From Blastocladiella emersonii ATCC 22665 (lineage: Eukaryota > Fungi > Blastocladiomycota), in assembly GCA_025594325.1 (NCBI GenBank), contig JANHCV010000001.1, forward strand, positions 4,154,001 to 4,218,000: a stretch of 64,000 nucleotides of DNA, given 5' to 3'. Position 1 is the first letter of the stretch. Every line of letters starts with the position of its first letter. A program made the translations under genes and the position numbers. The notes beneath the pieces are model-generated. The model was not told where the DNA came from. It saw only the letters and a program-made list of their open reading frames with translations, and made no database searches. This document shows, piece by piece, positions 55,569 through 64,000 of the stretch.

Positions 55569-56891
55569 ATGCCGCAGTATGAAATCTACGGCTGGGGCGC
55601 CAACACGTACGGGCAGCTCGGCACGGGCACTGTCCGCGACGAGCCGCTCCCGGTGCCCGTCCTCCGCGGCAGCGACTGCGCCGATCCCGACGCAGTCAGT
55701 CCGGTGATGCCGCCGCGACAGGTCGTGGGCGGCGCGAACCACACGCTGCTCATCGACGCCCGCGGCGACCTGTATGTCGCGGGCAGCAACGAGGACGGAC
55801 AGCTCGGCCTCGCGCTGGACCACCCGGCCTTGGTCCCAGTCGCTGCGCTGCCTGGCGGCAAGCCCGTGCCAGCGGCGTTGCAGTGGATCCGGGTGCCGGG
55901 TGTCGCGAACGCCGTCACGGCGTCGGCGGGATGGGCGCACTCGCTCGTCGTGCTCGAGGACGGCGCGCTGCTGGGTTTCGGCGACACGACGCACGGGCAG
56001 CTTGCCGGCGTCCCCGCCAAGGGAGCCGATGCGCGCTGGAGCTCGCCGACGCGGCTCAACGAGCAGCTACTCGGCGGCGCGCCCGTCGTCGCAGCCGCGG
56101 CAGGGATGCGGCACACGGCCGTCATCACGCAGTCCGGCGCCGTCGTCGCGTGGGGTGCCGACAAGCACGGCCAGTGTGGCGGACCGAAGCTCGCCGCGTG
56201 TGTTGGACCGACGCTGCTCCACGATTCTGTACGGCACGGCTCGCCCGCGACATCAATCGCGGCCGGCGCGTACCACACGACGTGGACCGCGCCCGCGCCG
56301 GAACCCGTCTTCACGGTGGGCCACAACAAGTTTGGCCAGCTCGGCGTCCCGCCCGCCGCGACCGCCGCGATCAAGGACCGTGTCCTCGAGCCCATCGTGG
56401 TCCGCGTGCCCGCTTCCCGCCTCGTGTCCGGCTGGCACCACGTCATGGCGCTGAGTCCCGTCTCGGGCTCGGCCACGACCGTCGTGTGGGGCCGCAACAC
56501 GCACGGCCAGCTCGGCGGCGCGGATGCGTCCGCGGGACCCGCCTACCTGACTTGCCCGGGGACCGTTGGCCAGCTCGAGTGCGGATCCGAGCACGCAGTT
56601 GCTCTCATCGAGGACTCGAACAACGGTGCGGCCGTCATGGCGTGGGGTTGGAACGAACACGGCAACTGCGGCGTGTTGCAGCGGCCCCACCTCGAGCCCT
56701 GGGCCGCCGCCGCCGCCGACGCAGCATCGCGCGACCAGTTGCCCGCGGTCGAGTCGCTTCACTTGCCCGATGTCATCGCACCGAGCCCCGTTCACCTCCC
56801 GGCCACGATAGAGGGCAGGTGGTGCCACCCCGTGGCCGTTGGCACGGGCTACGCGCACTCGTTTGCCGTCTTGCGCATCGACGACGACTGA
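55569..56891 (+). CDS. RCC1-repeat protein, ATS1/KTI13-SERGEF-like
   Basis: YGWGANTYGQLG, GGANHT, AGSNEDGQLG, AGWAHS, AGMRHT, WGRNTHGQLG, CGSEHA and AWGWNEHGNCG; the last is the motif I associate with Ats1/SERGEF. Confidence 0.78.
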   Translation: MPQYEIYGWGANTYGQLGTGTVRDEPLPVPVLRGSDCADPDAVSPVMPPRQVVGGANHTLLIDARGDLYVAGSNEDGQLGLALDHPALVPVAALPGGKPVPAALQWIRVPGVANAVTASAGWAHSLVVLEDGALLGFGDTTHGQLAGVPAKGADARWSSPTRLNEQLLGGAPVVAAAAGMRHTAVITQSGAVVAWGADKHGQCGGPKLAACVGPTLLHDSVRHGSPATSIAAGAYHTTWTAPAPEPVFTVGHNKFGQLGVPPAATAAIKDRVLEPIVVRVPASRLVSGWHHVMALSPVSGSATTVVWGRNTHGQLGGADASAGPAYLTCPGTVGQLECGSEHAVALIEDSNNGAAVMAWGWNEHGNCGVLQRPHLEPWAAAAADAASRDQLPAVESLHLPDVIAPSPVHLPATIEGRWCHPVAVGTGYAHSFAVLRIDDD

Positions 56892-56922
56892 AGAGTATGT
56901 CAATACAGTTTATACCATCCAA

Positions 56923-57411
56923 TTACGACGCCTTGGCCTCTCCCTCCCCGTCCTCGAGCGCCGCGAGCTCGTTGAGCACATCGATCTCGATCCCGACGAG
57001 CGCCGCGAGCTGCGCCTCGAGCTCGGCCTCCTCGTGCGCGTGGATCTCGACGTCGCCAATATCCTCCTCGTCGCCTAGCAGGTCGCGGTGGATCGCGTCG
57101 AGGTCGACCTCGCCCGAACTTGCCGCGGCCGGTGCGGCCGGCTTTGGCGGAGCGGGCTTCTTGGGCGCCACGGCGGGCGCGGACTTGACGGCGTCGAGCT
57201 CGGCGAGCAGCTTCGGATCCGACTCGAGCGCCGGGTCGCCGTCGTCCTCCATGTCGTCGGCGAGCAGCGACGGGTCGAGGCCGAGCGACGCTAGCGTGTC
57301 CTGCGCCGCGCTGCGGTCGCCACTCGCCGTCTTTGCGCTGCCGCCGTCCGCCGCGGCGGCCGCGGGCAGGTTCTCCTTGCTGCCCGTGAGCTTCTTGATG
57401 AACGAGAGCAT
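56923..57411 (-). CDS. Small acidic hypothetical protein (162 aa)
   Basis: ATG in ACCATG context, strong codon bias. The acidic helical repeats (DPKLLAELDAV; EEAELEAQLAAL) loosely recall the N-terminus of CC2D1/Lgd proteins, but no DM14 or C2 domain is present. Confidence 0.6.
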   Translation of the reverse strand: MLSFIKKLTGSKENLPAAAAADGGSAKTASGDRSAAQDTLASLGLDPSLLADDMEDDGDPALESDPKLLAELDAVKSAPAVAPKKPAPPKPAAPAAASSGEVDLDAIHRDLLGDEEDIGDVEIHAHEEAELEAQLAALVGIEIDVLNELAALEDGEGEAKAS

Positions 57412-57472
57412 GGTTGCAAGAAGTAGTAGTAGTTTATCGTGTATACATGGGGGAGAGAGCTAGAGGGAGGGA

Positions 57473-60235
57473 CTAGTGTCGCAGCGAGGCGTCAAAGTCG
57501 AGGAACACGCCAGCAACGCGGTCGAGCGCCTCAGCCGACAGCTCCGCGGCCCAGTCGACGGCCGGCGCGCCCGGCGGCGGGCGCAGGACGGCGCGGACCA
57601 CGGCTGTCTCGACCAGCGACCGCGGCCGGTTGACCTGGAACACGAGCACTCGCCGCCGCGTCGCCGCGTACAGGTACTGCCCGTCAAACGACCACTGCAT
57701 GCCCGTGATGGCGCAGCTGCGCCGCGCTAGCGTGACGGGCAGTACGTCGTGGGCCGCGGGCGCGTCGACGTCGATGATCTGCACGAACCCGTGCCGGTTC
57801 GACACGGCGAGGAGCGACGCGTGCCGCAGGTTGAAGTGCACCGCGTACGTCGGCTGGCCCGTCGCTACGACGCGCAGGAGCCGCGCTGGGGTCGCTGCTG
57901 CATCGACGAAGTCGGTATCGTCGCCGTCGTCTTGCGCATGGTCCTCGGCAGCGGGCGCGGCCGCCGTCTCGTGGTGATCCGCGTCGTCGTCGTGGTTGCC
58001 GCCCCAGCCCGCGTCCGCGGACCCGTCGTCGGCGAGCTCCCAGACGAACGCGCACGGCTGCGTGTCGCACGAGTAGGCAAACCGGCGGCTGCACGCGCTC
58101 CACGTCAGGTACTGGCTGGTGACGGTGCCGAGGAAGGCGCGCGCGCGTTGCTCGGGCGTCTCGCGCGGGTTAGGTGCTGCGTCGCCGTTGACGCCAGCGA
58201 TGCGCGCCGTCGCGCTGAACGCCTGCAGTCCCGCGTCGCCCGTCGGGTCGAGTTCGATGGGCCGGTGCGTGGGCCGCGGGTCGCCTGCGGCCGACCACTC
58301 GAGCGCGACGAGCCACGGCTTGCCGCCGTCGCCGATGCACGCAATGTGCGCGAGGTCCGGCGACACCTTGGCGTCGTTGACGCACCCGCGGAAGCCCGAC
58401 AGCGAGAAGACCGGGCGGATCGTCGAGCCCGGCGACCCGTGCGGCCGCACCGCGGCGCCGCCGTCCGCGTGCGCGGGCAGACGGTAAACGTCGACGCGGC
58501 CGCGGTTGCGCGCGATGACCGCAAAGTAGGTGCCGGGAACGACGCCGGCGATGATCTGCGCCGAGTTGTACATGTCGTCCTTGAACATGATGGCGACGAG
58601 CTCGGCCTCGGTCAGCGGCGCCTCGCCCCATGTCGGCGACGCGGTTGGTGGTGGCGCTGGTTGCGCGCCCTGCGTGCAGAAGAAGCGCAGGTCGCCTGCG
58701 TCGCCGCCCGTCACAATGTACCCGTTGCGGGCCGCGAGCGTGATGGGCGCCATGTCGAGCGAGACGACAAGCCGCTCCTTGGCCGCGCCCGCGACGCGGT
58801 CGGGCGTCCACCAGTGCGGCGTCGAGTGTGTGATGACAAAGTTGTTCTTGAGCGTGATGGGCCGCTGGAGCAGGTGGCCGTTCCAGAGCGGGAGCGCCTC
58901 GCCGAGCGCGAGGTAGTTGGCGCACTGGAAATGCGAGAGGTCGCTGCGCACAGCGAACTGGACAGGCCAGCGCGGGTCGCGCGTGACGAGGTTGGTCGAG
59001 TGCAGTGCGCGGATCGAGTCGTAGTACGACGCGGACGTGAGCGCGTCCCAGTCCTCGGTCGAGTACTCGGCGCGCTCGAGGTCGGGCGTGAGCGGGTGCC
59101 CGTTGACGCCGGTGTGCGCGGCATCTCCGTCGGCAGCGCCCGCATCGTCGAGGTCAATGTCGGCCTCGTCGTCTTCCCACTCTGCGCTGACATCGCTGTC
59201 CTCGTCCGACCAGCCCGTCGACGAGAGCGTCTCGCTCGCGGCATCCTCGGCGTCGGAGCCGCCGCGCGTGAAGTCGAGCGTGCTCATGAGGCGCGACTCC
59301 TCCTGGATCGCGCGCACGCCGAACTGCATGAGGTGCGCGCGGCCGCCGTACAGGTCGAGGCCGGTGCTCTCGAACTGCTCGCGCAGGAGGTCGAGGAGCG
59401 CGGTCGGGCGGCCGCTCGTGTACTGCATGAAGGCGATCTGGGCACGCTGCGCGAGCGGCACCTCGGACGGGCCCGCGGGCGCATCGGACTCGAGGAACAG
59501 GCGGCGCGTGAGGTGCGTGGTGATGCCCTGCTGCACAGGCGCCGGGATATCGTGGAAGCCGGGCGCGTGCAGCGCGAGGGCCTGGTCGACGCACTCGGTG
59601 ACGTCGAGACCGTCAAACTCGTGGTCGGGGTCGTCCATGTCCCATGCGGGTGGTGCGTGGCCGGGCTGGTTGAAGTCGGCGGGGACACCAGCGTCGTCGT
59701 CGTCGCTCTCGGCGTCCTCCCAACCGTCGCTGTCGCCCGCCGCGTCAGGCGCGTCCACGGCAGGATTGGAGTCGTCGTCGTCGGAGTCGGACACCCATTC
59801 ACTGCCGTCGTCGTCGACAAACTCGCCATCGAGCTCCACATCCATGTCGTCGTCGGCCTCAGCGAGCGCGTGCGCGTGCAGGCCGTCGATGCCATCAGGG
59901 ATCCCTTCGAGCAACTCATCGCCGAGCCCCTCCATGTCGATGGTGAGGGGGCCGTTGCCGCCGAGAAGGTTCATGCGCTGGAGGAACCCGCCGCCGTTGC
60001 CGTTCGCGTCCTCGTCATCGGATGAAAGATCGTATTCGACCTGGACGTTGACGGCCGACAGAGCTGTTGGTGGTGGGTTGTTGCTTGCCGCAGGTGGTGC
60101 GCTCGAGGAAGATGATGATGACGAGGAGGCTGCATCAGCTGCCAGTGATGGATCGGGGCCGGCACCGGTGGGCCGCAACCGCTTTGGGCTGCTGGGCGAG
60201 CTACCCTCGGGCAGATTCGGTGAGCTTCGTTTCAT
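57473..60235 (-). CDS. WD40-repeat protein with acidic N-terminus (DUF2415-like), possible C-terminal BC-box
   Basis: Intronless 920-aa ORF. HFQCANYL, TLAARNGYIVTGGDAGDL, VNDAKVSPD, AITGMQWSFDGQYLYAA, terminal RPRSLVETAVVRAV. Confidence 0.7.
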   Translation of the reverse strand: MKRSSPNLPEGSSPSSPKRLRPTGAGPDPSLAADAASSSSSSSSSAPPAASNNPPPTALSAVNVQVEYDLSSDDEDANGNGGGFLQRMNLLGGNGPLTIDMEGLGDELLEGIPDGIDGLHAHALAEADDDMDVELDGEFVDDDGSEWVSDSDDDDSNPAVDAPDAAGDSDGWEDAESDDDDAGVPADFNQPGHAPPAWDMDDPDHEFDGLDVTECVDQALALHAPGFHDIPAPVQQGITTHLTRRLFLESDAPAGPSEVPLAQRAQIAFMQYTSGRPTALLDLLREQFESTGLDLYGGRAHLMQFGVRAIQEESRLMSTLDFTRGGSDAEDAASETLSSTGWSDEDSDVSAEWEDDEADIDLDDAGAADGDAAHTGVNGHPLTPDLERAEYSTEDWDALTSASYYDSIRALHSTNLVTRDPRWPVQFAVRSDLSHFQCANYLALGEALPLWNGHLLQRPITLKNNFVITHSTPHWWTPDRVAGAAKERLVVSLDMAPITLAARNGYIVTGGDAGDLRFFCTQGAQPAPPPTASPTWGEAPLTEAELVAIMFKDDMYNSAQIIAGVVPGTYFAVIARNRGRVDVYRLPAHADGGAAVRPHGSPGSTIRPVFSLSGFRGCVNDAKVSPDLAHIACIGDGGKPWLVALEWSAAGDPRPTHRPIELDPTGDAGLQAFSATARIAGVNGDAAPNPRETPEQRARAFLGTVTSQYLTWSACSRRFAYSCDTQPCAFVWELADDGSADAGWGGNHDDDADHHETAAAPAAEDHAQDDGDDTDFVDAAATPARLLRVVATGQPTYAVHFNLRHASLLAVSNRHGFVQIIDVDAPAAHDVLPVTLARRSCAITGMQWSFDGQYLYAATRRRVLVFQVNRPRSLVETAVVRAVLRPPPGAPAVDWAAELSAEALDRVAGVFLDFDASLRH

Positions 60236-60652
60236 GGGAAGTGTAGTCGTTTAGGTTGCTGCATCGCCGAGATCTCCCTCGTGGTGTGATCGGCGGCGAT
60301 GGACGTCGGCGCGTGGGGGAGCGGCGCAGCGCGTTGATTTGCGTCACCTGAGGCCCACGCGTGCCGTCGCCGGGGCCTCCCACTCTCGCGTCCCTGCCAT
60401 TAATGCCGATTTCTCGCCATCCCTGATCGCGTTGGGACGCTTCCGACCTGCTCCGCTCGATGCGATGACCAACCGGTCGCAATATACGCGAATTCGTCCC
60501 ATCGTTCCTTATCCGCGGTCAGTGGGTGGACGCGGTGTTGCGCGGGTCTTGGCTGAGGGCAGCCCGCCAGTCGTCGTTGTCCAGGGACTCGGCGCTCCCT
60601 TCTCTCCACGCTCTCCCTCTCTCCGGCCTGACTGAGCCTCACCACGTTTGCA

Positions 60653-63600
60653 ATGTCAACAAGCGGCCAACTAGAGCTGCACCCGATGCGGGGATGGACC
60701 AGCGGCAGCGAGAGTGACTCGAGCGATGCCGAGGATGACATCAACGCCGCGGCCAATGGGGACTACAAGGAGCTCAAGTCCCTGTACCCGCTGTACTCGC
60801 ACGATGGCACGAAGCGCCGCCCCATGGCCTCGCTCCTGCACGAGGACGACCCGGAATCGCACCTGCGCGTCGAGTCGCACGCCGATGCCCACCCGCTGCT
60901 CTCGCACGCTGCCGCCGCGCACGCGCTCCCGCACCCGCACAAGGTGCCGCCGCCCGTGGTATGCTGCATCGCGTTCCGCATGGTGGTGCCCTCGATTGAC
61001 GCGGCTCGGCACAACCTTCGCGCGTGTAGCTCGGGATCTTAATCGGTGTCCTCGGCCCAGACCTGCAGAACATGCTCAACATTGTTCTCTTCATCCGGTT
61101 GCCGATGGTCATCGGCGTGGCCGGCATCGGCCTCTCCTTCGTGATCCTCCTGGCCGCGGTCGCCTGCGTACGTTGGATCGCTGCCCGATGGCATTGTAAC
61201 TGGCGTTCCGCGACCACTCGAGACTCATCGCGTTTGATCGGCCTTGTAGACGCTTTCAACCACGATCTCCATGTCGGCCATCATCTCGAACGGAGTTCAT
61301 GCCCGTGCGTTCCCGCCCACAAGAACCAAATCCGCCGCGAGACCCCTCACCATGCTCGCAACGTGTAGAGGGCGGCGCATACATGTTCATCTCGCGCACC
61401 ATGGGCCGCGAGCTCGGCGGCAGCATGGGCCTGCTCTTCTACCTGTGCACCGTGACGGCCATCGGCGTCTCGCTTCTCGGTGGCGGCGAGGTGATGCGCG
61501 AGTACGTGCTGCGCGACTTTGACCTGTTCGGCAACCCGCGCAACACGGTTCGGCTCGTCGGTCTGGTCGGCGTCGCGTTCCTCACGTCGCTCACCCTCAT
61601 GCGCCCGCTTAACGCGAACCGCGCGGGCGGCGTCCTCATCGCCATCGTGGTCCTCAGCGTTTTCCTCATGCTCGTCGGCTGTCTCGTGCTGCTTGGCCGC
61701 GCCGATACCGTCAACCAGTTTCCGGCCAACTTCGGATCGCATTTCGACGCACCCGACGAGACAGGCGCCATCCAGCGCGCATCCATGGTTACCCTCTTCT
61801 CGTCGTTCTTTGTCTGCACGACCGGCATCATGGTGGCGACTAACAAGAGTGGTTTGAGTTCGTATTCTTTGCCTCATCGCGGGATGCTTCGGACAACTGA
61901 CCTCGCTGATCGCTCCGAACAGTTCGCCGCCCTGCAGCGATGCTTCCGCGCGGTACCCTCATCGCCGTGGGCTCGTCGACCCTCCTCTACATCCTCGCTA
62001 TTCTACTGCTCGGCGCCGTCGTGTCGGGCGACGTTCTCCGCACCAAAGCGCCATCTGCGGGCCTCGTCTTCGCCACCGTGAGCTGGCCGCACCCGGCCGT
62101 CGGCTACGTCGGCACTGTGGTCGCTACCGTCGGCGCCGCGCTGCAGAGCATGATGGGCGCGCAGCGCATCTTCCGCGCCATGGCGCGCGACAATCTGTTC
62201 CGGTCGATCCGCCTCAACGGGCGGTTCCGCGCCATGGCTATCACGTCGACTCTCGCGTCGCTCATTGTCCTGATCGGTGACCTCGACACGGTGGTGCCCA
62301 TCATGACCCAGATCTACCTGACCGTGTACGCGTCGCTCAACTTCTCGGCCGCGCTGTACGGGTACACGCGGCCGCCGACGTGGCGCCCGACGTGGCAAAT
62401 CTACCACTGGACGACGTCGCTCGCCGGCGGGATTCTCTGCATCGCCGTCACCATCACGTTGTCGTGGGTCGGTGCGCTCGGCATCTACGCGGCCGTGGCC
62501 GCGCTCTACCTCGCGCTGCACGTCCGCGGCGCCAAGGTCATGTGGGGCGGCGAGGGCTTTGCCGCGCTCAGCCTGCAGCTCGCGCAGCGCCGGCTGTTCG
62601 CGATGCAGCGCTGGGAGGAGTCGCCGAGCGTGTGGCGCCCGCAGCTCATCGCCTTCCTGCTCCCGCCCGAGCTCGTCGACTCGAGCGCGAACCGCAGCTC
62701 GGCGACCAACACCTCGGGCACGCACTCGGAGGGCTCCGCCATGATGCTCGCGTCGACGTGGACGCAGCGCGACAACGAGTGCAACCGCGTCGCGCACCTG
62801 CTGTCGTTCCTCGGCCAGCTGCGCCGCGCCGGCGGGCTCACGGTCGTGTGCCGCCTCCTCCCGCACGGCGCCGACCAGTCAGCGACTTCCTTCGCGCACA
62901 TTGCGCAGAGCGCCGTGGTCGACGACGAGCGGAGCCGGCTGCGCGCGCAGTTGTCGGAGCAGGGCGTGGACGCGTTCCCCGAGGTGGTCGTGTGCCCGAG
63001 CATCTCGGCCGGTATCACAATGTCGATCCAGGCGGCGGGTGTTGGGATGCTGCGGCCCAACACGGCCGTGCTCCAGGTGCCCGACGTGTCCGAAATGCTG
63101 TCGACGGGCCGCGTGTCGACAGCGGCGTACGCGGCGCTGCAGGACTACGTGACGGCGGTGCGCAACGTGACGCTGCTCGAGCGCGTGCTGATCCTCATCA
63201 AGGGCATGCAGCAGTTCCCCATGGTCGAGGAGATGGACGGCACCATCGACATCTATTGGTAAGCTTCGCCGATCGTTCGCCTGCGCATTGTCCTCGCTGA
63301 CTGACATCGCCACCTGTAGGATCATGTACGACGGGCGGATCATGATGCTGCTCACGTTCCTGCTCATGCAGCACCCCGTGTGGGCGCGGTGCTGGCGGCT
63401 GCGCATCTATGCGATCGTCGAGAGCAGCCGCGGCAGCGAGACTCTGCGGCGCCACCTCGAGCGCCGTCTCGAGGCCATGCGCATTGCGTCCGAGATCCAC
63501 GTCCTCGAGATGCCGCCGGGCACCGCTGCGCGGCCAGGCGACGAAGTTTATGCACGGGCGCTCGACACGGTCATGCGCGTCGAGGCGGCGCAGCGGTACG

Positions 63601-64000
63601 TGGCCGTGACCGCCGCAGCCGCGGCCGCAGCAACCAGCGGGATCACCCGCCCGCTCCCGCGCACCCGGACCGTGTCGGGCGCGACGAGCACGCCGTCGCT
63701 CGCCCCGACTACCGTCCTCACGCAGCTCGTCGAGTGGTCGCCCGAGCGGCCCGCTACGGCACCCACGGGCGTGCGCGCTCGCACGCAGTCGGTTCATGCC
63801 GACCTCGAGCGGCGCCGCTTCTCGCCCACCCCGCCGCCCCCGCCGCCCGTCCCTGCGCTGCCCCGGCAGCCGACGCCGACTTTCGGTCATCCTGTGCCGT
63901 ACGTTGCTGCGTCGGTACCTCGACCCTGGTGATCGACTCTGACCATCCGTGACGCGTGTAGGGATCCCGTGCGAGTCCAGTACATGGTCGACTCGGTGCG
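60653..64000 (+). CDS. SLC12 cation-chloride cotransporter (KCC-like), multi-exon, continues beyond the window
   Basis: LQNMLNIVLFIRL, GGAYMFISRTMGRELGGSMGLLFYL, TGIMVATNKSG, IPRGTLIAV, WRPTW..YHW..SL.G, WRPQL, GMLRPNT, GTIDIYWIMYDG, LMQHPVW. Confidence 0.88.

Noticed and set aside
1-64000. Hundreds of long overlapping or antisense ORFs rich in R/A/G/P
   Set aside because: Expected shadow ORFs of GC-rich coding sequence. They lack family motifs and lie opposite or out of frame to well-supported genes.

Overview
GC-rich eukaryotic genomic DNA with short GT-AG introns (donors mostly GTACGC/GTACGT, branch point CTGAC/CTAAC/CTCAC). The gene content points to a zoosporic (flagellated) fungus, possibly Blastocladiomycota; this is inference only. 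Most of the window is densely packed host genes: RER1, CGR1, a putative nucleotide-sugar-transporter/GT31 fusion, a class I PI3-kinase with a tandem array of extra ubiquitin-like domains, an MFSD1-like MFS transporter, an EF-hand/WD40 protein, CWF19L2, SNX3, RRP42, ENT3, ADE12, an H2A.X-type histone, DUS3, an ATS1-like RCC1 protein, a DUF2415-like WD40 protein and an SLC12 cotransporter. The dominant unexplained structure lies between ADE12 and H2A. It is a 16.7-kb quasi-palindrome: two apparently identical 7,489-bp inverted arms (34837-42325 and 44064-51552; mirror positions sum to 86389) around a 1,738-bp spacer. Each arm carries a GPI-type tyrosinase-like gene, an F-box/LRR gene and a secreted somatomedin-B-like gene. 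The spacer holds an ABCC transporter pseudogene broken into two oppositely oriented pieces. Outside the identical arms the inverted homology continues for about 400 bp in clearly diverged form, suggesting an old inverted repeat whose inner part is homogenised. An assembly contribution to the perfect arm identity must still be excluded. No rRNA, tRNA, CRISPR array or transposase could be supported. Exon boundaries were read by eye from splice motifs and have no transcript support.
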